A DNA stretch of 64,000 nucleotides, from positions 58,823,923 to 58,887,922 of the forward strand of contig NC_068981.1 in NCBI RefSeq assembly GCF_001194135.2, given 5' to 3'. The stretch comes from Octopus bimaculoides. Lineage: Eukaryota. Positions 36,510 to 50,255 of this stretch are shown here, piece after piece (within the stretch, counting starts at the first letter, position 1; the number at the start of each line of letters is the position of its first letter). The translations under genes and the position numbers were made by a program. The notes beneath the pieces are model-generated. The model was not told where the DNA came from and did not search any database. It worked only from the letters and a program-made list of their open reading frames with translations.

Positions 36510-38520
36510 TGTTCTAGAAACTGTTTAAGAAAACATAAGAAAATTATGAGTTTGCTTTAAAATTTGAGATTACATAGACAGTATTTTACGTAGGATGAGC
36601 ACTATTGAATTTCTGCCATTTTGAGGTTTTCTGGTATCTGAGCTAGGTAGGAATCAGCCCATGTTGCTATCATTCCTAGGGAACCTATGACAACAGTTAT
36701 TGTTTTAATCTGAGGTTTCATATTTTTCCTGTTTCTGTTTCAAGATCTTTACACTTACAGTTTTTGGTCGGTCTTGACAGATACATTTATGTCGATTAAG
36801 ACAGTCATATCAATGAGGAGGCATGATTTTTGTCTGAAGTCTTTCAATATAATGTCTAACCTATTCGCATCTATCTTTCTGTCAGTTTGAATGGTGAAGT
36901 TCCTGAGGAGTGAGATGTGATCATTTTCAAGTACTGGAGGTGGTTTGTGTTCCCACCAGTTTTTATCATGAGGCAGGTCCAGGGTTTTGCAAATTACCCA
37001 GTGAATATATTGTACTGCTCTATCATGCTTGTTGAGATACTCTATAGGCACAAGAAGACTGCACATGGAGACAACATGATCAATGGTTTCATTTTGTTGA
37101 CATACACAACATGTTGGGCTACAGCCGTTCTTTAATATGTTGGCCCGGTAGTTCCTTGTAGGTAGGCATTGTTCTTGGGCTGCTATGATAAACCCTTCTG
37201 TTTCTGATTTTAAGCCAGAAGGCACTAACCATTGATAGGTAAGGGCTTTGTCAACATCGGCACTATTAGCTGTCTTTGGGTATTTGCCATTGAGAGGCTA
37301 TTCTTGCCATTTATCAGTAAGAATATCTAAGGCAGCAGTTTTAGCACGGGTGTTCGTACGCTTAGTTTTCTGTGCTTGTTTCTAGTACGTCTAATTTGTT
37401 GTATTTGGAATTCATTCAGATATTTCTTTGCCTGTTTTGTTATTGAGTATGATGCTTTCTTGTTTTCATGTTTTGAGACAAGTTTTAACATCCAGTCATC
37501 AGAGTTTTTCAGGCAGGTGTCTATGCCAAATGCGGCAATCTTCATTATTAATTCTACATGTAAAAGTCCATGGTCACCCTCTTTTCTTGGCAGGTAAAGT
37601 CGTTCTATATCTGCCTTAGGGTGGTGCATTCTAAGCCTGTAGATATTCTATCAATCCCAGAGGCCTTTTCATTGTGTTTTTCTTCTGCCCAAATTTTATT
37701 CCAAAATTCCTGTACTTCTTTTGATAGGACAGACTTTACTGTAATTAGTATTTTCCCTATCTTCCTGTAAAAAGTTTTTGGGTTATTTTTAACATGTCGT
37801 CTTTGAAGAATCTAACGCGCTTTTCATACCTTGCTATGCGGGCAGCTTTAGCAAATACTTTTTGCTTGATAGTTTCTATGGTGGTATCGATGCCAAGTAT
37901 GGTTTTCATATATTTTTCCTTTAATTTTCGGACTTTTGTTGGTTTGATAGTCTTGTCAAACTTAAGGCTTTTTAAACATTCTATGCCAGACCTAAGTAGC
38001 TGAATTTGATGATCAATACGCTTTGCCAAGTAGGCTTTTCGTGGGAATGTTGTCGTTTTCTAATCTTTTCACCACATAGAATCTTTGAGATTTTCGCGGA
38101 TGCATAGCGCAGGTGGTTGACATCTGTAATATCAACATCATTAGCGGAAATTATATCCTTAAATGCAATGCGGATTTCGCTGATTGCTTTCTAGTTTTGG
38201 TTAAAATTCCGAATTTTTGGGAGAGTGTCGCGCTCATTCACACTGGTTTCTTTAATTTTTAACCATTCAATCACGATTTGATTTTTTAGATCATGTTGGG
38301 TCAATTTGTGTGTGACTTTCTTCATTCATTTGATTTTTCATCTGCCTTATGGTTGGTTCAGAGGGTATTTCACTTTACTTATCAGTTACATTAACTCTTT
38401 CAATCACTATTACATTTTCATCAGACCTGGGTCGGTCTATAATTATTTCCTCTGTAGTATCTTCTTTAGTTGCAACTTCGTTCCTTTTATCCCTTACTGA
38501 TTGTTTAATTTGGTCACTTT
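36510..38520 (-). mobile_element. R4/Dong element lacking the whole RT domain
   Basis: N-terminus, then FWNKIW...HNEKASW joined directly to TGLRMHHPKADIERLYLPRKEG, then QEQCLPTRNY...CCVCQQNETIDH...DANRLDII. Confidence 0.88.
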
Positions 38521-38522
38521 CT

Positions 38523-38568
<46 letters not shown>

Positions 38569-38569
38569 G

Positions 38570-40660
38570 AACAGATAAACGATCCGGTATAAAGGCAACT
38601 ACAAAGGTCAGTCTCTCTTTCGCTGTGTCACCAAGCTCCATTTCCCAAAAAATGAAGGAGACTGAGGAAGAGATCAACAACGTCAGACACCTGGCAGAGC
38701 GACATGGACAAACTGTCAACCTCAACCCTTCGATCGACACCATCCGAAATACCGCATGCCGCACAATGACGTACCGTACTGTTGGACTGAAGTCAAGAAG
38801 AGTAGAAAGAACCACCGAGGCTAAAACCAAAGAAAAGAAGAAAAGCATCTAAAAGAATATATCTCACGAGAAAGAAGTTTTGGAACAACGGAAGTGAGAT
38901 TTGAAAAAGAGGAGGAGACCATTCACTCCCTAAGCTCCTGAAAACCGAGGATCTTTTATTAGTCCCTTACTACTGAGACCATAGACTAGCAAGTTTCTGT
39001 ATCCAGCAGGTGTCGCCAGGGGTAGACAGACATTCCTTGGCTAAATACTGCAGTCACGGTAAAACATCGAAGAAAACACAAAAGTCCTCGAAGTCTACCG
39101 GATCAGATAAGAGAACTGATGGGAATGGGAATAGAACTCCTCATCCAGACCAGTGAAAAAAAAAATGTGGATGCTGTCCCAGATCAGATACATCTTTCAG
39201 TCAGTATCATTTTACGCATTAGAATAGAAGTGTCAGAGCTGCCTTTCGACCACACACATAAGAGTCATCTATCCAACATTGAAGGAGAAAGAGGACACTC
39301 TCTCTTCTCCCAACACCAAGATATCTACCAACAACAACCATCAAAGCCCAAATAGCAAAAACATCATCACCAACAGCATGACCTGCAATATCAACAAAAA
39401 CAGCAGAAAGACTACCACCACCAACAACAGCCACTGCAACACTAATTCCCACTATATAGCAGCAACTGATACCCCTAGTTCCTTCTCTTAAAATACATGA
39501 AATCTAGTTTTTGTATTCCATCATCTTGGGGGTCATTATTGTTGTGAATAACAGCAAGAGTTTCCTCATGACTCCGAAAGAGGAGTTTGAAGCAGCACTG
39601 GCTGATGTACTTCAGTATGTTTTTTGACTACAGTGGGAATATGGAAGCATGTATCTTGTCAATAAGGCGAAAAGACAAGTAGAGCTACTCTATCACGTAC
39701 CTATACCTACCTAATAACTGGTACAACAGTACATGAGTCTCAAGGTATATGAGGATTACGGTTAGAGATATTGGTATGGGCATTAATTATTGGTTTGTCG
39801 TTACCTTTGTGCAATAGTAGGAACATGTAATATGTGAGGACATGACCTGCACTGACCTTCAGGTCTTAATAACTCCATGATGGTCTTATGGTTAAACTGG
39901 AGTAATATCCTACTGAGGGAAGATAGAGGAAGCCAGTTAAACTGGTGGGGGAGATAATAAAGCCTAGTTGCTATGTGTTAGGTAGTAAAACTCCACCTCA
40001 GGGCCAAATGCCTTGAAGAAAAGAAAGAAATATGGAGGGCGGTAGATAGCAGCAGAGATAATTACAATGTTATGGCCATTGCTGTCACAGTTTCCATAAA
40101 ACTACCAGTTACTGCTCCGAGGATTGCAATGGTGGAAACAGAGACAAAAGAAGAATTATCTTATTCTTAATGTCACTGACACCGGGTACAATTAAGGTAG
40201 GGTAACGAGAAGCCGAATAGTTTCTTCTTCCAGTTCGAAGCTGACCATGAACTACGAGCAGCAGTTCAACTCTATCGTCTTATGATGAAAAGAACGAGTT
40301 CAGAATAAAAGCAACAAAGAGTATTGCAGTCTCTCACATTAAAGAATGCACTTTTCGGCTCGGGAGGCTCTGAAAATTACGATTGTCCGAATTAGCAATG
40401 AAAGCCTGATAAAGCGATGAATGACGTGAATTAGACCGAGAGGAATACTGTGCTGACTGAGGAAGAGATGGGGTGAATCATACGCCTATCACAATTCTAT
40501 ATTCAGCGAATAAAGCAGACACTACTGAACGTAATCATTCTGAAATTGTAAACTTGCATCGTAAATCTGAAGAAATGTAAAATAAATAATGTCTGATATG
40601 AAATCCCAGATCTAAAGCGTCGAAGTACAAGATTTGTGGAAACCAGCCTTTCTATAAAAC
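38570..40660 (+). mobile_element. Decayed Tx1/L1-clade LINE (ORF1 and start of ORF2)
   Basis: EYISRERSFGTTEVRFEKEEE is homologous to the ORF1 at 15940-17000. Later: WLNWSNIL, WWGEIIK, EKPNSFFFQFEA. Confidence 0.6.
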
Positions 40661-40768
40661 AGTGAATCCCCTACGTGGTTGCTTGACCTGTGAGATATAA
40701 CAGCCTAATCATCATTTGATAGCATAATAAAAAGGAGTAAAGACACATTGAATAATGTATTCCTAGGT

Positions 40769-41150
40769 TGTTGGCACTCCGTCGCTTACGACGTCGAGGG
40801 TTCCAGTTGATCCGATCAACGGAACAGCCTGCTCGTGAAATTAACGTGCAAGTGGCTGAGCACTCCACAGACACGTGTACCCTTAACGTAGTTGTCGGCG
40901 ATATTCAGCGTGACACAGTGTGACAAGGCTGACCCTTTGAATTACAGGCACAACAGAAACGGGAAGAAAGAGTGAGAGAAAGTTGTGGTGAAAGAGTACA
41001 GCAGGGTTCACCACCATCCCCTGCCGGAGCCTCGTGGAGCTTTAGGTGTTTTCGCTCAATAAACACTCACAACGCCCGGTCTGGGAATCGAAACCACGAT
41101 CCTATGACCGCGAGTCCGCTGCCCTAACAACTGGGCCATTGCGCCTCCAC
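40769..41150 (-). mobile_element. Full-length tRNA(Arg-like)-derived SINE
   Basis: A/B boxes, TCG in the anticodon-like loop, (AAC) tail, and 10-bp TSD ATTCCTAGGT at 40759-40768 and 41151-41160. Confidence 0.92.
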
Positions 41151-42231
41151 ATTCCTAGGTAAACTAGAGACAATGCGATGGTTACAACTAGAGTGTCTTT
41201 GATCATAGGTTTGTTTGATCAGGGTTGACGTAGGATAAACAAAGAATAACAATATATGACGCTAAGCACCAATATGACACTTTGCGACAGTTTTGCAGAC
41301 TTAATGTACATCACTAACCCTCCAGAATCAATGATAAAACACGTAAACATTGACGTGGAAAAATATAACAACGATAACAATAGTAATAATACCAATAATG
41401 ATGGTGAATATGTTGTCGATAATGACGATGATGACGATGATGACGATGACGACGACGACGACGATGAATGATGGCGAGTGTAATGGCGTTTGGAATAATA
41501 AACGTCACAAAAGAAAGAGAAAATCGTGAAGAAACTAATTAAATTCGCCCCTTCACTTAGTGCACAAAATTAAACAACAAATCACAGCAACAACTATTAT
41601 AATTACAACCACCATCATCATAATCATAATCAGAATCCCCCTCCTCTTGTTCCTTCCTCCTCCTCTCCTCCTTTTCCTCCTCATCGTCATTACCAACAAC
41701 AATACAAATGAGAAAAGGGCGAACAGATAGCTTTTTTTTTTTTTGAAACCAATAAATAAATCCTAATCGAAAAGTAAGAGCAAAATGTAGGAACAACAAT
41801 TACAACAATAGCAACAACAACGACCAACAACATAAACACGACTTTTGACAGAATTGGAAGAAAAATTCCATTATCTAAAAGGAAAAAAAAGCGAGAAAAA
41901 AGAACAAATAAAAAAAGCAATAAAAAAGCAAAACAAAACCAGCAACAGACATTGGCTCCCCCCACCCAAACACCCATTATGAACAGAAAATTAAAATAAA
42001 TGACAGAACTATCAAAATTATAAAAAAAGGTTAAACAGTGCAATAAATGATTAAATGCATGAAACCACAACAAATTTGGACAGTACTCAAAATAACGAAA
42101 TGTTATATATATACTTATATGTATACATACATACATGCATACAAACAAACATACATACATACATACATACATACATACATACATACGTACATACATACAT
42201 ATATACGCACGCACACACGCACGCACACATA

Positions 42232-42580
42232 GTAGGTGAAGACATGACTTTGTAGTTAGGAAACTTGCTTTGCAGCCACATGGTTTTCGGTTCAATCTCA
42301 TTGTGCGGCACCTTAGGCTTTATGCATACATACATACATACATACACACGCATACACACACATATATACACACGCATACACACATATGTATGTATATGGA
42401 TATATTATGTGTGTGAGTGTATGTATGTATATACGTATACGTATATATATGTCTATGCATGTGTATCTTTGCGTCTGTGTCCCTACCACGACTTGACAAC
42501 TGATGCTGCTTTGCTTACTTTCTCATAATTTAGTGATTCGGCAAAAGAGCCTAACAGAATATAAAAAAAGAGCCTAACTT
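42232..42580 (+). mobile_element. CORE-type SINE with internal microsatellite
   Basis: Head ...ggttcaatctcattgtgcggcaccttagg, then CA/TA tract, then cttgacaactgatgctg...ggcaaaagag. Confidence 0.75.
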
Positions 42581-42651
42581 CAAAAAAAAAAAAAGAAAAA
42601 ATTTGTATTGGGGCAGTGTATGTATATATATACATATACATACATACATAC

Positions 42652-42688
<37 letters not shown>

Positions 42689-43599
42689 NNNNNNNNNNNN
42701 NNNNNNNNNNNNNNNNNNNNNNNNNNNNNNNNNNNNNNNNNNNNNNNNNNNNNNNNNNNNNNNNNNNNNNNNNNNNNNNNNNNNNNNNNNNNNNNNNNNN
42801 NNNNNNNNNNNNNNNNNNNNNNNNNNNNNNNNNNATATATATATATATATACGTATATCTCCACAAGGCTTGTAAAAAAAAAAGACAAAAATGTATTGTT
42901 TTTACTTGCAAATACACCAGAATTATTTCCTTCAAATAGTTTCCACTACTTTTGATTCACAACTCTCAAAGTCTTTTCGAGTTTTAGAATGTCTTGGAAC
43001 GCGTTTTCAGAGGTGCACAGTTCTCGTGGCGAAATTTCTTCTATCTGTACAAATTATGCATAGCCGAAGGAGACTAAATTGATGAATAGCATCAACAATT
43101 ACCAGAACTATCCAAATATAGTAACAAAATTATTTACTAAACACTTCGATGAGTATCTGCTAATACTTTGGAAATGTAGATCAGTAGTGGATTAAGTGAA
43201 CTATCACGTACTTCTATCACATAGCATTTACTCGGGTTATTTTGTTCTTTTGATTTATATTTTTACCTTACAGGGTGCACCAGAAAAAAAAAGAAACTTC
43301 TGCAACTAGTGGAGTTAAGTAGGTGGTAGTGATGTGTTCGTGTAGCTAATGTTTTGCCATTTTTTTCCAGTCATTATCATGTTTTCGACCGGTACACACC
43401 GTGCACTTGCTATTGAACATAATATTTTCTTGCTAATCTCCAATCTCTGATTTCCTTTCAGTATTTAATCCCTTTCCTTATCTTCCCTAAATGTTATTTC
43501 AAAAACCGTGTCAGTGTCCTTTATTGATTCGAATTCTGGTCTTATATATATACTGTCTACCTTTTCCTTCCTCATTATTCTATTATATATTTTGAACTG

Positions 43600-44200
43600 T
43601 TAGCTCTTGGGGTGAAAAATCAACGCACCAAAACTAAAGTGGTATTCACAAGCGTTACGCTTTCTGAAAGGGTTGTCATCACATTCAGTAACGACATTCT
43701 GGCAAAGGTCGATCAATTCAAGTACTCTGACGCTACCTTTACTTCCACAGGGCAAAGATGAGATAAATGTCGGCATCAACTATGCACATGTTGCATTCTG
43801 TCATCTTCAAACACTGCAACTACCAGGTGCTTGTTTGTCTCGCACCAGCCTTATGCACGACTGCAAGACTTGATCAATGAATGCAGTGAACTCACATAAG
43901 CTAGAAGTATTTATCTTTAGTCTTCATCAAAATCTCCAAATTACGCTTTGGATTTTTGTGCCATACTCAGAAGTTTGTTGTCCTTCTCACAATGATTCCT
44001 TTAAACAACTCATGCTCAACAGATACTTTTGTTGCTTTAGTTACGCACTCCGTCGTCCATTGGATGAACTCATCTGCGAAGTCACACCAGAGCTCCTTCT
44101 ACGATGACATAAACGGTGAGGTGGGGAACTGAAAGTGTGGATTAGAACAATTAAGACGGATCTTGAATCCATATCTGGTCCTCACTTATATGATGTCCCC
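43600..44200 (+). mobile_element. Decayed RTE-clade LINE 3' region
   Basis: VDQFKY...KDEINVGINYAHVAF...GGELKVWIRTIKTDLESISGP. Confidence 0.6.
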
Positions 44201-44769
44201 TGTTGGGGTCATGATTAGTTGACAATCTTTCCACATTTCAGCAATGTTGCGTACATACACATACACACGCACACACATGTATATATGCACATATTTATTT
44301 ACTTATACATATATATTTATGTATACATATATATTTAAAGATATAAACAAAATATATATCCTCATAACACACACACACACAAAATACACACATATATATG
44401 TAAATCTATATTTATATTTATATAACTACCTTCACATTTGGAGTATTTCAACGACAAATAGAATGAAATAGAAAACGGGAGCATGGAACAACTCTTTTTA
44501 TAAGTAGAGCTCACAATTTTAAAAAGAAAACAGTCAAGCATATTCTCCATAATTTTCGCATAATATTTGAAAATCATACTAAATCATTAGGTGAGTTAAA
44601 ATAAAACAGGCTTGGATTATTAGATCGGAAACTTGAAACTTAGAGTACTGGCAATTGGGAACTTTTCAGTTATATTGAAATAATGAATATTCATTATTTA
44701 CGTACTGAGTTCTGTAATCTATCGCTACTTGGTAAATCTTCAGAAACTACATACCTATAAGATGGCATC

Positions 44770-45050
44770 AGATCTCCGTCGTTCGACGATGAGAGTTCAG
44801 TTATTCGATCAACTGAATAACCAGCAACGGAATTAATGCGTAAATAACTGGGCATTCCACTGACACGTGTACTCTTACAGTAATTCTAAGCAGAGTCAGC
44901 GTGACACAATAACCGTCAGTTACATCAGCTCCGTCAGCTCAGTTTCACTCACAAGATATGAGTCGATTCAAGTCTGTAGAAAATCTTATTTGCTCAAGAT
45001 CCCACACGTTGGGATCGAACTTCTTAACCATGTGACCATACTGTGCCTAA
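44770..45050 (-). mobile_element. Degenerate relative of the 40769 SINE family
   Basis: cattccactgacacgtgtactcttacagtaattc...cagcgtgacac matches 40860-40915. Confidence 0.6.
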
Positions 45051-45056
45051 ATACTC

Positions 45057-45132
<76 letters not shown>

Positions 45133-45217
45133 ACATTCATGCATACATGCATACAAATAGACAGGCAGACACATATATACAGTCGACAAAATATACAAAA
45201 AGGAAAATGAATATCTA

Positions 45218-45248
<31 letters not shown>

Positions 45249-45628
45249 TATGCATGCATAGAAACCTACATAAATGTACATATATATAGATATATTTATT
45301 GTATATTGATAAATATGTTCTAACCAAAAACTAAAACATTTTCCGATGACATTTTTGAGGTTGATTGAAAAACCAGTTTTTATAAAATACATACACTTTC
45401 AGTTTTTTTTTACGTATATACAATTTAGTGTATATGATGCTATTTCTATTCATTTTGTTTTTATTAGCAAATATACAATCGATGGACAGTTTATTGCGCA
45501 AATACTGTAAACAGGTTATAGGTTATATTATGGAGTGGATATTGTGTTGCCATTGGTTGGTTAAAAAAAACCAATCGCAACACAATGCAAAACATACAAT
45601 ACACAATATGCATTATACACATATACAT

Positions 45629-45691
<63 letters not shown>

Positions 45692-45701
45692 NNNNNNNNN
45701 N

Positions 45702-45750
<49 letters not shown>

Positions 45751-45986
45751 ATATTCAACTTAACGTGGATGTGTTGTTAGAGCGCCGAACACTGCTTTAT
45801 CCACCTTGTGATGACCTCTCATATGGACGCATGATGCATAAAAGCACAAATATCTACATCGCTCCCAATCACGTGATTTCAACGTGCCCCGTCTCTTCAG
45901 TAGCAGACATCCAGTAGCCGCATACAGTTCAAATCTCACTGCTAGCGGTATATGAAAATCAGTGACTATTCTGACACAAGTATATA

Positions 45987-47165
45987 TACCGGGTTGAGTT
46001 TTTTTCGGACTTTCACTGATGATTTTTGGCAACTTGTATATCCATGTTATATCATTAATTTGATATAACTTGTTGCTCATTTGTTGTTGGATTGTTCATT
46101 CTTTATTTTCGTATATAACATATAAACATTAATTGTTTATTCTTTCTTTCACAGCTTTGATAATGAGTGGCGAGAAAGTTGCAGTTAAAGCCATTTATGT
46201 TACCTGTGGGAAAATGGACTGAGTGCAAGGCCAGCGGCAACACAAATTATTGACATGGAAGGCTAGGAACTGTTAGATAATGTGTGGCATAAAACTGGTT
46301 GAGACGTTTCAAGGAAGGTGACACCAGCCGTGAAGATAAACCAAGGCCAGGGAGCCCTTCTGTTGTGGAAAATGAAGCCTTGCTTGACATAGTTGAACAG
46401 CCAAGCACAATCACTCATACATTGACGGCAGTACTTGATCCTTCACAAAGCACCGTCAATTCACACTGCCATAAGCTCAGATTTGCGAACAGACACTGTC
46501 GGGAAACTCCATATGAACTAACCAATGACAAAGGTAACGATGAGTGAACACTTGCAAATAACTGCTGGTAAATCCTCGAGATGCTTGTTCTTAGCGCTGT
46601 CTTGTAACTGGGGATGAAAAATGAATCTATTTTCGTAATATCAATAAGGAAATTGAGTAGCTTCATTCCGGCAAGGCTTCAGAACCTGTAGTCAAACAAG
46701 ACGGGATTGAACAGAAGTTCATATTGTGTGTTTGATGGAATATAGAGGGAGTGTTGCACTTTGTCCTAGATGGTCATGCTGTGAACGTTAATCTTTATGC
46801 TCAATAAGTGCGGCGAGTATTTGATGCTTTGAAAGCTTGCTACTCGGCAGTAACCAATCGAAGATGCGCACTCTCTGCAACATACACTGCTAATGTGACC
46901 AAGGCATGAGGAACTTGAACGGCTGGCAATGCTGCCTTCCCACTACAGACTTGCACCATCAAATTACCACGTGGTCCGACAAAAATGTGAATGAGATTGA
47001 AAAGGGGTGCAGGGAGTTTTTTGCTTCTAAACCACCCAATTGGTATAAGCATGGAATTGAGCTTCAGGCACCACAATGGCAACAGACAATAGAATATGAT
47101 AGGAAATATTTTGAAGAATAAACGATTTTCGTATGTAATTTCGCTAAATCCACAATTTTAAAAAA
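45987..47165 (+). mobile_element. Near-full-length, disabled mariner
   Basis: MSGEK...WLRRFKEGD...EDKPRPG...VTGDEK...DLAPSNYH...WQQTIEYDRKYFEE; 5' end TA-CCGGGTTGAG. Confidence 0.9.
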
Positions 47166-47184
47166 TCCTCTCTCAGTTAATTTT

Positions 47185-47320
47185 CTCTTATTCCTTTCTG
47201 TTGAAGAGCGTAGGCTCGAAACATAAAAGACTTTCTCACTTACTCGAGCGTCAGACTAATACACCTGCTTGTTATTCATACACCTGTCTTCGTCTTTTGT
47301 TTTTCTGTAAATTTCAAGTA
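47185..47320 (+). mobile_element. Probable Penelope-like terminal repeat fragment
   Basis: ttgaagagcgtaggctcgaaac motif with a T-rich tail into (CA)n. Family recalled, not searched. Confidence 0.4.
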
Positions 47321-47327
47321 TATGTAT

Positions 47328-47416
<89 letters not shown>

Positions 47417-47809
47417 AAACAGTAAAAAATATATTGGAGGACTCACTCAATATTATCAAATTTATTTTAGCAAGTGAAAGTGGCGGCAGTTTTGAAGCTT
47501 TAGCTCAGTTACCTTCAATTGACTGACGAAGGTAACCGAGCAGAAACTTCGAAGTCACCGTCAGCCTTTCCTTGTTAAAGCAACACACACGCAGTGCTTT
47601 ACTGAAGCCGAAAGATTTCACAGTCAATTACTTTGAGTTTGATTTCACAATGAGTTACTTTGAATCAGATGATCGGTTACGTGAAACCCAGAGTAATAGT
47701 TTGCGAAAGTTTTTACTATATTTACTTCTATCTTTGGTATTTGAGTACTGCTTTTTTCCAGCTGTTTTGAAGCTACATTCTTATACGTGTATGTATGTGT
47801 ATGAGTGTA

Positions 47810-47853
<44 letters not shown>

Positions 47854-49877
47854 TGTATGTGTGTATTTGTTGCATTTGATAAATATTTTTCGTTATGCAT
47901 ATGTTCTGCTATGTGTTTGCTTATATATGCTCTAAACAAAGAATACGCACTAAATAAAAACAAACAAAATAAAATAAAATAAGATAAAAGAAGATAAAAT
48001 ATAACTCATTTTCTGATATTTTAGGTAGGCATGACCTGGAAAATCACTATTTATAAAAAATATGCACATATGCATGTTTTACCAATACCATTTAATATAT
48101 ATAATGTCAAAGTGTTTACACGCACCATACCAAGTTATATATACATTATATTCGCGTCTATCAAATATATTTATGTTTATATTATGATATAATGCTAAAC
48201 TGAGCTGGAATATAAGGAAATATTGTCACTAACTAGCGCATTGAAATTAAAAGTATAATTCTGAGTTGAAGTACATTGGTTTGGTTTCTGTATTTGAATG
48301 ATCGATATTGTAATTGCCCTAGATAACAGGTAAGGAAAAGAAAACATGGTAAACTGCATAGCATAGACTTTCACTAATTGTGTCCTTTATTCTGTATGAA
48401 AGGTGTAGCATCATGTATAAGTACAATTTCCTTTCATTTTGGTTTTTGCTAGCAAATATTCAATCAATGGCCGGTTTATTAAGTGAATAATGTAGACAGG
48501 TTGTAGGTTATATTATACACTGCAGATTATGCTGCGATTGGTTGGTTCCAGAAAAAATTGTTATGTTAGTTGGTTATAAATTAGTGAACAGTAGTTGGTT
48601 GTTATTCAGAATGTATGTATGTATGTATGTATGTATGTATGTATGTATGTATGTATGTATGTATGTATGTATGTATTTATGCATGAATGTATTCATGCAT
48701 GTATGTATATTTGTATGCATGTATGTATGTATGTATGTATGTATGTATGTATGTATGTATGCGTGTATGCATACATGTATGCATGTATGAATGAATGAAT
48801 AAACGTATGAATGGATGTATGCAGGTATGAACGTATGTGTGCATGCATACATATTTGTTCATATGTGTGAATGAATGAACAAATGCATGAATGTATGTTG
48901 GTATGAATGTATGTACGTATATATGCATATATGTCTGTATGTGTGTTATGTGTGCTATATCACTATAAATATGTATATCTATGTGTATGTACGTACATAC
49001 ATACACAGCAAATTAATAAAAATTATAGATTTAAATGCAATTAGATTACTTCAAGAATATGACTAATGGCTTATTAGTTCCAATGCAACTGCTTACTGCT
49101 ATAATTTGTAATGTTTTCAATTTTTAAATGAGAAGTTTATTTATATTTCGAAGTTGTACTTGTCTAGCAATTGATTTGATCCGAGACCGTCTGTTGAAAG
49201 TGAAGCAACTGCATAGTGGAGTAACCATTATAGCTGTTTGATAAAATACAAAGCTGTCAAATTCACTTTAAATTGATTTCATGAAATGTCCAAAATTTTT
49301 GTCGCCTAACAACAGCCTGGTCACGACGAAATTTCACTGCAACTACAAAAGAAAATTAATAATAAAAATAAAATGAAATATTTAAAAATTTTAAGTGAGT
49401 CTAACGGTTTTGTTTGTTGTTAAATAGCTCTTATGAAATATTTTTGCTTTGGTTTATCGTCTTGTACGTATATCAAATTAGGTACATCGAATAATACTAG
49501 TGTCCCAACAATTTTAATTATTTGTTTTTGAGGATAAGTTCTAATGTACAGGAAAGAAGTGATTAGGTTATGATTAATAATTGTTAGTCGTTAATTATAT
49601 TTTTACCAATTTGCTATTGTAGGAGTTGAAATAAGCAGCCTCTTGGTTTTACCTGCATGTGCATGCTTGGATATTTCGAATGTGTTATGCATCCCCCCTC
49701 TCTCTCTCCCACATATTCTCTCACTGACATCTATATAAATATAGAAAGACCTGAGGCATACCAAGAGTTGAGAGGTCATGTCATTGGTGAAGTCGCGAAT
49801 AGCGATGAAATGACTTTGACAAACCTAGCTGATTAACTGATCGAACGATTAAGCGATTAGTTAATTAACCAATTCAT

Positions 49878-50073
49878 TAATAATGGTTTCAACGATTTTG
49901 GGGGAGGGGCTAAGTCAATTATATCGATCCCGGTGCTTAACTGGTATTTATTTTATCTACCCTGAAAGGATGAAGGGCAAAGTCGACTTCGGCGGAATTT
50001 GAACTCAGAATGTAAAGAAATGTCACTAAGCATTCTGCTCGACGTGCTAACGATTCTGCCAGCTCGCCGCCTT
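49878..50073 (-). mobile_element. aaggcggcgagc-family SINE
   Basis: Reverse complement of the full head, core and tail. Confidence 0.9.
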
Positions 50074-50255
50074 AACAATTAACTAATAATAGTAATAAAA
50101 GAAGCGAAATAGAACCACTGTGTGCATTTATAATTGGCATAATGACCCTCCTGAGAGATAACAAAATTTGTTTCAACACTCGAGTTCACATCAAGAATCT
50201 CGCAAACCAAACATAAAAACGAAATAATGTACATTTGTAATATATGTTAATGTGA

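Noticed and set aside
40769-41150. tRNA-Arg gene
   Set aside because: The tRNA-like head is followed by a SINE body, tail and TSD, and a second copy exists. It is a SINE, not a tRNA gene.
43269-43300. TA-CAGGGTG Tc1-like terminus
   Set aside because: No matching second TIR or transposase sequence was found.
46130-46170. Splice-acceptor-like ctttctttcacag just before the mariner ATG (possible domestication)
   Set aside because: The ORF has several stops and frameshifts, and the sister copy lacks the site.
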